In this document: piece after piece, positions 42,415-52,973 of the stretch
Position numbering within the stretch: the first letter of the stretch is position 1
Layout of the letters: each line of letters begins with the position of its first letter
Assembly (NCBI GenBank): GCA_002269645.1
Contig: NIVC01000411.1
Span: 1 to 64,000 of the forward strand
Direction: 5' to 3'
From: Macrostomum lignano
Lineage: Eukaryota
DNA length: 64,000 nucleotides
Notes under the pieces: generated by a model
Seen by the model: the letters and a program-made list of their open reading frames with translations, nothing else
What the model was told of the DNA's origin: nothing
The model's database searches: none
Made by a program: the position numbers and the translations under genes

Positions 42415-42850
42415 TAGTGCCATTGTGGCATTGGGGGAATCAGTGTCATTGTGGCATTGGGGGGGGGGAATCATAGTGCCATAGTGGCATTGGGGGGAAT
42501 CATAGTGTCATTGTAGCATTGGGGGGGGGAATCATAGTGCCATAGTGGCATTGGGGGGAATCATAGTGTCATTGTAGCATTGGGGGGGGAATCATAGTGC
42601 CATAGTGGCATTGGGGGGAATCATAGTGTCATTGTAGCATTAGGGGAATCATAGTGCATTGTGGCATTGGGGGAATCATAGTGTATTGTAGCATTAGGGG
42701 AATCATAGTGCATTGTGGCATTGGGGGAATCATAGTGCATTGTGGCATTAGGGGAATCATAGTGCATTGTGGCATTAGGGGGATCATAGTGTATTGTGGC
42801 ATTAGGGGAATCGGGAATCATAGTGATATTGTGACATTAGGGGAATCGGG
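42415..42850 (+). repeat. ~27-bp minisatellite (CATAGTGCATTGTGGCATTGGGGGAAT)
   Basis: Direct reading. Confidence 0.92.
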
Positions 42851-43051
42851 AATTCATTCCCCTAATCGCCAATAAATAAAAAACTAAGGTTGTTTTTTTA
42901 TTTTCAATATTCAAGATATTAAAAGATACCGTACGGGTTTATATGATCCTTAATTTTTCCTCAAAAAGCGTTACTTTCTACTGTTTGTCAGTAGACGATC
43001 TCTCACAAACAGTCATAAAATAAAATATCCCATCAGAAATGAACAAGAAAC

Positions 43052-43809
43052 CTTTTATCCAGTTTCACAAGCCGGTCAAGGCAGAGGCTGAGGTCAACCC
43101 GCCGAGCCCGAATATCGCGGATGCTGTGATGCGAGCGCAGGTAATCCGTAGTGACCACTCGCAACGGCAGCTGCTTATCAATAACGCCGGGCTCGTCAAG
43201 CGCCTTCGGCCAAGGAGTGCACAGGTGCTTAATAGCGGCGCAGTGAGCTGCCACGTGAGCCGGCGTCAGGTGTAGAAAATTGGGCACCTTAATCAGCTCC
43301 GTGTTGCCCCATTTATTCGGCGATATGCCCGCATTCTCCGTGGCATTGTTGGGCCGGCCCTGGCGCACCGGCAGCGGCACCGCGGCCGGATGGAAGGTGC
43401 GCGCCGTCGGCCAGACGCTCGGCCAGCTGCTGTGCGCCGGCTTCATCCGGCCGCAGCGCGGCGTCAGCGGGTGCCGGCTGCGAAGGAGCGGCGGCTTTGC
43501 TGCCTCCTTGGTGAGGCCGGGCACCACCAGGGAGCGAAAGCCGGCGGTATTGGAGGCAGCGGCAGCGGCGGCCACGTCAGCCGCGGAGTAGCCGGCAAAT
43601 CCGGCGCGTCGGGAGCTGGCGCCGCGGCGCCCCGACACTGAGGCAGCTCCGGCGTCGTCGACGCCGCCTTCGCCGATGCTCCAGACGTCGGAGGAGTTCG
43701 ACGAAGATGAATTCGAATAGCCGGCGGCTGCCAGGCTGTGGTTGCTAGGGGCGGCTAGCAACCGCCTGGCCAAGCCGGACAGGAGCAGCAGTTTGCCGGT
43801 TGGCGTCAT
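43052..43809 (-). CDS. MRPS35: Mitochondrial ribosomal protein S35, exon 1
   Basis: ATG at 43809 (MTPTGKLLLLSGLARRLL, targeting-peptide-like). WPSVWPTARTFHPAAVPLPVRQG, NTELIKVPNFLHLTP....HC.AIK.LCT.WP; donor AG|GTTTCT. Confidence 0.9.
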
Positions 43810-43899
43810 GCCATGCAGTGCAAAGCGGCAACGTAGTTTTTGGATGCCTGCGTTGAAGAATTCTAGTCTGCTGTTGTTCCTCAAAATATTACAGAAAGG

Positions 43900-44192
43900 C
43901 AGTCAGACTGACAGGCAGGCAGACAGACAGACAGACTGACAGACAGACAGACAGAGACAGACAGACTGACAGACAGACAGACAAACTGACAGACAGGCAG
44001 ACAGACAGCCATACGGACAGACAGACAGACAGACAGACAGATATACGGACAGACAGACAGACAGATAGACAGACAGGCAGGCAGAAAGACAGACAGACAG
44101 CCATACGAACAGACGGACAGACAGACAGACAGGCAGAGAGACAGACAGGCAGGCAGGCAGGCAGAAAGACAGACAGACAGACAGCCATACGG

Positions 44193-44224
<32 letters not shown>

Positions 44225-44287
44225 GCAGAAAGACACACAGACAGACAGATATACGGACAGACAGACAGACAGGCAGAAAGACAGACA

Positions 44288-44320
<33 letters not shown>

Positions 44321-44372
44321 AAAGACAGACAGACAGGCAGGCAGGCAGAGCGACAGACAGACAGACAGACAA
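43900..44372 (+). repeat. (GACA/GGCA)n microsatellite
   Basis: Direct reading. Confidence 0.95.
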
Positions 44373-44944
44373 TTCTAAAAGTGCACCTGGGGGGAAGACA
44401 AACAGCTGTACAGTGAAACGGTCTGTTTTGAATACAGCCTGAGCTGAAATGAAGTCAGTCATAAACAAATGCTCAGTTTCACCGATTAGAGAGAGATCAA
44501 TGCCATGTTTAGCATGAACCCCGCCAATAAGACGCATTTATTTTTCCATAATTAAAAGCAAAGGTGTGAAGACAGCAAAGTACAATTATGACAGGAAAAA
44601 ACACTAGGTTCAATTACAATACTAAGCTAATAAATGGACCAACGGATAGTTAGGAAACATAAGGGACTTTCTAGATTTAACTGAAACTCACTGTAAAGTA
44701 TTTTTGCAAGGAGCACATGCATATATTAATTACTCGTAGCTATTTTTTACGCACGCGGAAACTTAAGAAAGCATGCTGACAACATGACAAAAGAATAACA
44801 AAGTATTAATAACCATGATTGATTTAAACAAACTAAGCTATTCAATAACAAAACAGGAGCATGCAGAATGACAAGCAGTTATCATGTGAGGGTTTGTAAC
44901 ACTGTTACTGAACTAGACAAATACAGTGACTTAACTTTTTTGGG

Positions 44945-46215
44945 CTGACTCTCATTGTGACTGAGGGCGATTTTCATTGCGGCAGAGGGCGATTCTCATT
45001 GTGGCCGAGGGCGATTCTCATTGTGGCTGAGGGCGATTCTCATTGTGGCTGAGGGCGATTCTCATTGTGGCTGAGGGCGATTCTCATTGTGGTTGTGGGC
45101 GATTCTCATTGTGGCTGAGGGCGATTCTCATTGTGGTTGAGGGCGATTCTCATTGTGGCTGAGGGCGATTCTCATTGTGGTTGAGGGCGATTCTCATTGT
45201 GGTTGAGGGCGATTCTCATTGTGGCTGAGGGCGATTCTCATTGTGGCTGAGGGCGATTCTCATTGTGGTTGAGGGCGATTCTCATTGTGGCTGAGGGCGA
45301 TTCTTATTGTGGTTGAGGGCGATTCTCACTGTGGTTGAGGGCAATTCTTATTGTGGCTGAGGGCGATTCTTATTGTGGTTGAGGGTGATTGTCATAGTGG
45401 TTGAGGGCGATTCTTATTGTGGCTGAGGGCGATTCTCATTGTGGTTGAGGGCGATTCTCACTGTGGTTGAGGGCGATTCTTATTGTGGCTGAGGGCGATT
45501 CTTATTGTGGTTGAGGGTGATTGTCATAGTGGTTGAGGGCGATTCTTATTGTGGCTGAGGGCGATTCTCATTGTGGTTGAGGGCGATTCTCACTGTGGTT
45601 GAGGGCGATTCTTATTGTGGCTGAGGGCGATTCTTATTGTGGTTGAGGGTGATTGTCATAGTGGTTGAGGGCGATTCTTATTGTGGCTGAGGGCGATTCT
45701 CATTGTGGTTGAGGGCGATTCTCACTGTGGTTGAGGGCGATTCTTATTGTGGCTGAGGGCGATTCTTATTGTGGTTGAGGGTGATTGTCATAGTGGTTGA
45801 GGGCGATTCTTATTGTGGCTGAGGGCGATTCTCATTGTGGCTGAGGGCGATTCTCATAGCTGAGGGCGATTCTCATTGTGGTTGAGGGCGATTCTTATTG
45901 TGGTTGAGGGCGATTCTCATGGTTGAGGGCGATTCTCAAAGTGGCTGAGGGCGATTTTCATTGTGGTTGAGGGCGATTCTCACTGTGGCTGAGGGCGATT
46001 CTCATTGTGGCCGAGGGCGATTCTCATTGTGGCTGAGGGCGATTTTCATTGTGACTGAGGGCGATTTTCATTGTGACTGAGGGCGATTTTCATTTTGGTT
46101 GAGGGCGATTCTTACTGTGGTTGAGGGCGATTCTTATTGTGGCTGAGGGCGATTCTCACTGTGACTGAGGGCGATTCTCATGGCTAAGAGCAATTTTCAT
46201 TGTGACTGAGGTCGA
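44945..46215 (+). repeat. 22-bp minisatellite (TGTGGCTGAGGGCGATTCTCAT) with a 132-bp higher-order repeat
   Basis: The variant GTGATTGTCATAG recurs every 132 bp, four times. Confidence 0.95.
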
Positions 46216-46596
46216 TTCCTGAGGTGAATGAGAGCGATTTTAAAGATAAGGGGTTGATACTTAAAATGACTGGGGTGATTCTCAATGTGAATCCTTATTC
46301 TAAAGATGACTGACTAAAGGCGATTCTCAAGATGTACGCGTAGACGAAAGAGTTGCATTCTGCAATCGCACGCACATTTATTTGGATAATTCCAGGTAAA
46401 ACTAAAAGCGATCAGAAGGCGACTTTCAGCATTGTTATAATTCGAATTGCAAATCAAGGACGACTTAAGTAGAAGGCTGGAAAAATGGTTCTTAGAAAAG
46501 TAAACAAATAAGAAGTTGTCAAGCGCTCTAAGAAACGATCTTCCTCCTGTACTTCTACTCAAGCCGTCTCTCTGTTTCAAACTGCCCCAGCATCCC

Positions 46597-46992
46597 CTAC
46601 AACTGAGACTGAGTGTGAAATCCCAAGCCAAACATGGAGGTGACAAAGGTGGAGAACAGGGACCAGAACAGGCCGTAGCTGAGCAATCCGCCGGCTGTCT
46701 GAGGCGAAGCCAACGATCTGAGCTCGTCAACTCGGCTAGTAAGATCGGCCACTAGTGGATCATCTGTGTAGGCTTTCAGCCAATCAGGCAGGGCGTTCCA
46801 CGTGGACGTATTTGATTGGCTGGTAGAATTGGCCCTGGCCAGATTATACAGAGGCAGGTGGCCGGACAGTCTGCCAGAGTCCCAGCTGCAGCCGGACAGG
46901 GTCTTGTACATCAGGGCCAGGAACAGCGTGACAGCCAGCGGGCACAGGTACTGCAGAGATATCACGCCAAGGAACCGGTTCACGTTGGACAC
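46597..46992 (-). CDS. TMEM161: TMEM161 family protein, last exon
   Basis: VSNVNRFLGVISLQYLCPL..TLFLALMYKTL, ...GLFWSLF..F.TSMFGL.FH; acceptor TGCAG|. Confidence 0.88.
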   Translation of the reverse strand: MSNVNRFLGVISLQYLCPLAVTLFLALMYKTLSGCSWDSGRLSGHLPLYNLARANSTSQSNTSTWNALPDWLKAYTDDPLVADLTSRVDELRSLASPQTAGGLLSYGLFWSLFSTFVTSMFGLGFHTQSQL

Positions 46993-47059
46993 CTGCAACA
47001 ATAGTGTGAAAAGTTTCTGGCGTTGAATAGGATGCTGAATACTCTACTTTTAGTAATAA

Positions 47060-47270
47060 AACTTATGGCCTAGTGGTTAGAGCGTCGGACTCACGACTTG
47101 GAGGTCGGGGGTTCGATTCCCTATCCTACAGAAACAAATAGTGTGTCCTTGAGGAAGATTCTGCACTTAACTCTGCATTGCTTCAGTTCACCCAGCTGTA
47201 AAATGGGTGCCGCATTAGCTGGGCCGGGGTAATTGAGGGTTTTTGTGGCGAGTCTGGCGACCCCCCCCCC
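47060..47270 (+). mobile_element. tRNA-derived SINE copy
   Basis: Box A TGGCCTAGTGG, box B GGTTCGATTCC, and the central domain. Confidence 0.8.
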
Positions 47271-47447
47271 ACGTGATGCAGCCGCCTCTCCCAGTTGCAT
47301 TACAGTAGTTTAGGTAGTTAAAAAGTCGCAAGAGTCGACTCAGAAACGTTAGAGTCACTAATGAGTTGTTTGTAATGGCTCTAGCGATTCAGGAGTCAGC
47401 GGAATGAGATAATCTCGTAAATTCAACAGGCCGCCTACAGCCCCTAC

Positions 47448-47591
47448 CTGCTCCTGCAAATCCCGATTGCTAATCCGTCCGGCCTCGCGATTCAGTCTGG
47501 CCAATCGAGTCGAAGCCGAGTGCAGAAACGCCTGCAGATGGCCGGGCATGCAGACCAGACGGAGCAGGCACAGCAGCAGCACGGCGTACAC
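47448..47591 (-). CDS. TMEM161: TMEM161, internal exon
   Basis: LLCLLRLVCMPGHLQAFL..A..R...L.REAGRIS..DLQ (family motif); phase 0 at both ends. Confidence 0.88.
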
Positions 47592-47654
47592 CTGATGAGC
47601 AAAGGCGAATCAAGACTCAAATTGGTGATCATTTTCAAAATTTCATTAAATACG

Positions 47655-47735
47655 AGCTATGTAGCCTAGAGGTTAGAGCGTCGGGCTTACGATGAAAAAA
47701 TTTCTGGGGTTCGATTCTTGACTCAATTGGCAAAC
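47655..47735 (+). mobile_element. SINE head fragment
   Basis: TAGCCTAGAGGTTAGAGCG...GGTTCGATTCT. Confidence 0.6.
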
Positions 47736-47809
47736 AGCCTCTTCAACAGGTGGCACCGCATGACAGTGGACATCATATTGTGACTAATTCCGATTTGATT
47801 TCGGGCCAT

Positions 47810-48058
47810 TAATAATAATAATAATAATAATAATTGATTACACCTGCTCCTATTGGACCAGATGTGCAACCGACAGCTCAGCCGCAGCTATTGCGCAGCG
47901 CATCTGAAGGCTGCGTACGGCTGTTCAGTCCAAGGACTGGGGGTTGCCACAAAAAAACACCGTCAATTACCCCAGATAATTGCTGGTTGTCTTGCTCAAG
48001 GACACAAATTGTTCCAGTGGGGTCGGGAATCGAACCCCCCTAATCACTAGGCTACATG
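47810..48058 (-). mobile_element. tRNA-derived SINE copy with an internal deletion and (ATT)n tail
   Basis: Head TAGCCTAGTG...GGTTCGATTCC; 3' GCAGGTGTAATC followed by (ATT)n. Confidence 0.8.
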
Positions 48059-48086
48059 CTAATTAATAACGAAGACAAAAACCAAC

Positions 48087-48749
48087 CTGCACGGTGCACA
48101 AATCCACCGCCGTGATGCCGCGACGCACGGGAACAAACCAGGTGAGCAGACAGCCCAGCGGAGCATAGAAACTAAGATGATGCAGCAGCAGGGTCAGCCG
48201 CCGACTCATCGTGTCCATCAGTCCGGCGGCCGAGTCCGTCTCCAGACAGGCGGTGTCCGGACTAACCAGATCCCAGTACACTCGCGAATGTCGAATAGCC
48301 GAGAAAGTGACCAAGGCTCCATAGAACCCGCCAATCAGTACTAAACAAGCTCGGAGCACCTGGTTATCTGACAGAGGCGGCGAGTCCAGCCCCAGCTGCA
48401 GCACTGTGGGCGGCAGCACCAGCACGCCCATAGACATGACCGTGTAGAAAAATGCAAATGTAACCAACAGTACAAACTCGGACGCATTAGCGGAGTACAG
48501 GCGAACAATGGATAGCAAGCCTTTGAGAGCAAAGCCAACGCCAAGGCAGCACCACACTAGGGACAGATTGGTTCTGTCACTTTTGCCGCCATTCAATGCT
48601 CCGTAGTAGAACTCCGTGATGCCGTACACAATGCAGGCAATCAGGCTGAAGTCCAGCAGCCACTGCCAGTCCGAGTAAAAGTGCAAATCTCGCAGGTCCA
48701 GCTCAGTCTGTCGGGTGCTCACCAGCGGGATGCGAATCGATTTGGCCAC
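48087..48749 (-). CDS. TMEM161: TMEM161, large internal exon
   Basis: DL..LHFYSDWQWLLDFS, NLSLVWC, hydrophobic helices, HHLSFYAPL..LL.W..PV; splice sites CAG|GTG and CAG|GTTGGT. Confidence 0.9.
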
Positions 48750-48784
48750 CTGGAGCAGCGAGTGCAGGGAATTCTTTAGAAACA

Positions 48785-49450
48785 TGTCCAGTTTGAGCTG
48801 GCCTACTCCCAACTCCCCCTTCAGAGGCCTGTCTGTCCAGTTTGAGCTGGCCTTCTCCCAACTCCTCCTTCAGAGGCCTGCCTGTCCATTTTGAGCTGGC
48901 CTTCTCCCAACTCCTCCTTCAGAGGCCTGTCTGTCCATTTTGAGCTGGCCTTCTCCCAACTCCTCCTTCAGAGGCCTGTCTGTCCAGTTTGAGTTGGCCT
49001 TCTCCCAACTCCTCCTTCAGAGGCCTGCCTGTCCATTTTGAGTTGGCCTTCTCCCAACTCCTCCTTCAGAGGCCTGCCTGTCCATTTTGAGTTGGCCTTC
49101 TCCCAACTCCTCCTTCAGAGGCCTGTCTGTCCATTTTGAGCTGGCCTTCTCCCAACTCCTCCTTCAGAGGCCTGTCTGTCCAGTTTGAGCTGGCCTTCTC
49201 CCAACTCCTCCTTCAGAGGCCTGTCTGTCCAGTTTGAGTTGGCCTTCTCCCAACTCCTCCTTCAGAGGCCTGCCTGTCCATTTTGAGCTGGCCTTCTCCC
49301 AACTCCTCCTTCAGAGGCCTGTCTGTCCAGTTTGAGCTGGCCTTCTCCCAACTCCTCCTTCAGAGGCCTGCCTGTCCATTTTGAGTTGGCCTTCTCCCAA
49401 CTCCTCCTCCAGAGGCCTGTCTGTCCAGTTTGAGTTGGCCTTCTCCCAAA
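48785..49450 (+). repeat. 49-bp minisatellite (GTCCAGTTTGAGCTGGCCTTCTCCCAACTCCTCCTTCAGAGGCCTGTCT)
   Basis: Fills a TMEM161 intron almost completely. Confidence 0.95.
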
Positions 49451-49479
49451 CCCTCCTTCTTCTCTCATGCTCAACCCAC

Positions 49480-49671
49480 CAGAAAGATTCCATCTCGATC
49501 TGTTTTCGGCGACTTTTTAATATTAGCCGCCTCCGCTATTGTCCGATCGCTGGGCGGTTTGAAACGGCGCAACGATAGTAGCACACGGCGGCCGAGCGAG
49601 TAGTGCCGGCTGATGGTGGACAGCACCGACGCTGACACCAGGGTGACGACCAGCTGGAAGCCAAACACAGC
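49480..49671 (-). CDS. TMEM161: TMEM161, N-terminal conserved exon (no ATG of its own)
   Basis: AAG|GCT GTG TTT GGC gives AVFGFQLVVTLVSAS, the TMEM161 N-terminus; donor CTG|GTGGGT. Confidence 0.85.
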
Positions 49672-49834
49672 CTTCAATGCGGGCGGACGGGGAGGAATGC
49701 AATTGAGGAGCGATTAGTAGACGGAAATTAAAAAATGATCTACGTCTAGCTAGTCAAATATAAAAATTAAAGCATTGTCGAAGGTAACCTAAGAACAGAC
49801 TGAAGATCTGTGAAGGTGGCGAGTCGCGACCCAA

Positions 49835-50745
49835 CACCTGAGTTTCTGGAAGGGTGGATGGAGGCTCAACACCTGAGTATCTGGGAGTGGTGGATGGAGG
49901 CTCAACACCTGAGTATCTGGGAGTGGTGGATGGAGGCTCAACACCTGAGTATCTGGGAGTGGCGGGTGGGGGCTCAACACCTAAGGATCTGGGAGTGGTG
50001 GATGGGGCTCAACACCTGAGGATCTGAGAGTGGCGGGTGGGGGCTCGGCACCTGAGGATGTGGGAGGATGGCAGCTCAACACCTGAGTATCTGGGAGTGG
50101 TAGATGGAGGCTCAACACCTGAGTATCTGGGAGTGGCGGGTGGGGGCTCGGCACCTGAGTATCTGGGAGTGGCGGGTGGGGGCTCGGCACCTGAGGATCT
50201 GGGAGTGGCGGGTGGGGGCTCGGCACCTGAGGATCTGGGAGTGGCGGGTGGGGGCTCAGCACCTGAGGATCTGGGAGTGGCGGGAGGGGGCTCAGCACCT
50301 GAGGATCTGGGAGTGGCGAGTGGGGGCTCAGCACCTGAGGATCTGGGAGTGGCGGGTGGGGGCTCAACACCTGAGGATCTGAGAGTGGCGGGTGGGGGCT
50401 CGGCACCTGAGGATGTGGGAGGATGGCAGCTCAACACCTGAGTATCTGGGAGTGGTAGATGGAGGCTCAACACCTGAGTATCTGGGAGTGGCGGGTGGGA
50501 GCTCGGCACCTGAGTATCTGGGAGTGGCGGGTGGGGGCTCGGCACCTGAGGATCTGGGAGTGGCGGGTGGGGGCTCAGCACCTGAGGATCTGGGAGTGGC
50601 GGGAGGGGGCTCAGCACCTGAGGATCTGGGAGTGGCGAGTGGGGGCTCAGCACCTGAGGATCTGGGAGTGGCGGGTGGGGGCTCAGCACCTGAGGATCTG
50701 GGAGTGGCGGGAGGGGGCTCAACACCTGAGGATGTGGGAGGATGG
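49835..50745 (+). repeat. 36-bp minisatellite (GGCTCAGCACCTGAGGATCTGGGAGTGGCGGGTGGG) with a ~355-bp block duplication
   Basis: Direct reading; duplicated pseudo-ORFs start at 50037 and 50392. Confidence 0.95.
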
Positions 50746-50784
50746 CCGTTGCTGGATGGATCTGATGGGGTCTGATGGGCTTAC

Positions 50785-50844
50785 GCCACGAATATAAATT
50801 GGAATAACTCGAGTAAAAAGCTTTAAGACAAGCATTTCTTGCAT
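50785..50844 (-). CDS. TMEM161: Candidate short first exon of TMEM161
   Basis: Open frame MQEMLVLKLFTRVIPIYIRG ends at a consensus donor GGC|GTAAG in phase 0, compatible with the 49671 acceptor. Confidence 0.4.
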
Positions 50845-50985
50845 GACAGAAGACTAATTGTCTCCTAATTATATTTATTACATTTATAAGCTAAGTTCTA
50901 ACAAACTTGCACAGATTTGCACGAATCAAATATGAATATGAATTTAGTCAGACACAAGCACTAAGTAGCATCAACAGTCAGTCAT

Positions 50986-51282
50986 TTATCGAGGCCAAGG
51001 CGAAGGCCTGTTCGTTCGCATTAGAAACTTGATCTTCCTGGCCATCTCGGCGTCGTAAACCCGCTTGCAGCGCTCGTAGATGACTCGTCTGCGCCATTTG
51101 TCCGGCGTCTCGTAGTAGATCTGACTGTTGAAGGATTTAACGTAGCCGTCCTTGGATAAAATGCGTTGCAGTCCGTTGAACGACAGCTCAAGTCCGCCAT
51201 TGGCCTGGTCCATCACTTTGACGCTGCGTTGAAGGAATTTGAAGTTGCGAAAGTATTGATCGGGCGACAGGCGTCCTGCCAT
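50986..51282 (-). CDS. MRPS21: Mitochondrial ribosomal protein S21
   Basis: FKFLQRSVKV...L.RIL..DG.......YYETP...RRR..YERCKR.Y..EMARKIKFLMR.NR..PW matches MRPS21. Acceptor TTGCAG 16 nt before the ATG; AATAAA at 50874-79. Confidence 0.93.
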   Translation of the reverse strand: MAGRLSPDQYFRNFKFLQRSVKVMDQANGGLELSFNGLQRILSKDGYVKSFNSQIYYETPDKWRRRVIYERCKRVYDAEMARKIKFLMRTNRPSPWPR

Positions 51283-51402
51283 GCTTGTGCTGGATTGGCT
51301 GCAACAGTGAAATTAGCTTTAATGATTGAAATATCAAGACATTCTTTGACAGCAGGATAGGATAATGTTGCTATCATGCTATTAAAGCATCCTAAGCTCT
51401 AA

Positions 51403-51722
51403 AGAGGGGTTGCAGCCTAGTGGTTAGGGCGTCGGACTCACGACTTAAAGGTCGGGAGTTCGATTCCCGATCCCACTTGGAACAATTTGTGTCCTGGAGC
51501 AAGATGCTTGCCTAACTCTGCATTGCTTCAGTTCACCTGGCTGTAAAATGGGTGCCAGCATTAGCTGGGGTAATTGAGGGTGTGGTGGTGTTCAGTAATT
51601 GGACTGAACAGCCGTATGCAGCCTTCAGATGGGCCACACAATAGCTGCAGCTGAGCTGTTGGGTGCACATCTGGCCTAATTTGGGCAGGTGTAATCAATT
51701 TTTACCATTATTGTTATTATTT
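51403..51722 (+). mobile_element. Near full-length tRNA-derived SINE (~320 bp)
   Basis: Box A CAGCCTAGTGG, box B AGTTCGATTCC, central domain, 3' GCAGGTGTAATC and a (TTA)-like tail. Confidence 0.85.
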
Positions 51723-51932
51723 TAAGCTTTAAAACTAGAGTTTCTACTGTAGTTACAGACATTGCAGTTTGAAAGGCAGGACATACAAATATGGATATGG
51801 AAACACATTTCTTATTCCTATATACTAATAATAATGGCCACTCAATAACTGAGGCTTAAAATAATTGATTTTATTGGTTGGTTGAGTTAAGCAATAGAAT
51901 TTAATGAATTTCTTTCAGTTTTAAATCTTTTG

Positions 51933-52724
51933 GGCCTATTCCATATAAGATAGACATATTTGGAAAATAGAAAAAAGTCAATATTTTTGCTTGTCATTGC
52001 CTTATCAGCCAATTTTTTTACCAAATCTTTTTTGTATGTAATGTATACAATCTAAGAATAAATAAATGATAAAATGTTGGATTAGTATGTTATCAATTAG
52101 CAAAAAGTTGTTTTTGTGAAAAATTGGACATTTTCTAAGCAAAAGACATCATTAAGTTTATGTACCTTTTAAAAACAAATAGAAAGCTTTAGAAGGTTAA
52201 AACAAACTATATATACAATTATAGTACTTGCATCATCAGATAAAAACATTAGCAACCATATAATCTATTATATTTTTAATATATTAGTACTTCAAAGTTA
52301 CTGAATTGACAGAAAAAAATATGTTATGACCATAATGTTACGACTATAAGGCTGCCTTTTCTTTTGTATCTTTGTTGCCTTTTTGAGTTTATATATTCTA
52401 ATAAAAGAGTATGACTTCTAAAGATGTTCCTAGTCAAATTTAAAAAAAATATTGCACAATATAAAAAATGAAAAATTTTATAAGACTTTTACTTTTTAGT
52501 TTCTATATGTCAAAAATCCTGTTGTTATGACCATAGTGCCATTCAAGGTTTAATAGCATCTAGGCCTATACTAATGATGATATCCTACATGAAACTTTAT
52601 AAACATACTCTTGACAAAATAATCTTTCATTCAAAATATTGGTTCAGTATATTCTATTATTTGATTTGATTTTATAAGTAAAAATAGTCTGTCATGTTAC
52701 AACCATAATTATATGGAATGGACT
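51933..52724 (+). mobile_element. ~790-bp AT-rich MITE, copy 1 (4-bp TSD TTTG)
   Basis: TIR GGCCTATTCCATATAA ... TTATATGGAATGGACT; TTTG on both flanks. Confidence 0.8.
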
Positions 52725-52973
52725 TTTGTAAGAAGAATTCTAAGGTCAAGCACTCTACAACAGAGATTTTTGGTCATATGTACATTGTGTTATTGAGCTA
52801 GTGGGGACTTAGATGAATGCAGCCCAAAACATTCTTATAATACAATACATGAGATATTGTTCATGAGTGAGAGGTTAAACTATTGCTATCATTTTCCCTT
52901 TTTCATTATATTATAATTAATGATAGAAAACTGTTTGTTTTGGATTTAATATCATTTTTTATTTTTTGCTATT

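Noticed and set aside
43881-44537. 218-aa ORF as an N-terminal extension of MRPS35
   Set aside because: It is mostly a translation of (TGTC)n; the targeting-peptide-like start at 43809 is more plausible.
47593-47615. CTGATGAG...GAA hammerhead-like string
   Set aside because: It lacks GAAA and stems I/III, and overlaps a TMEM161 splice acceptor on the other strand.
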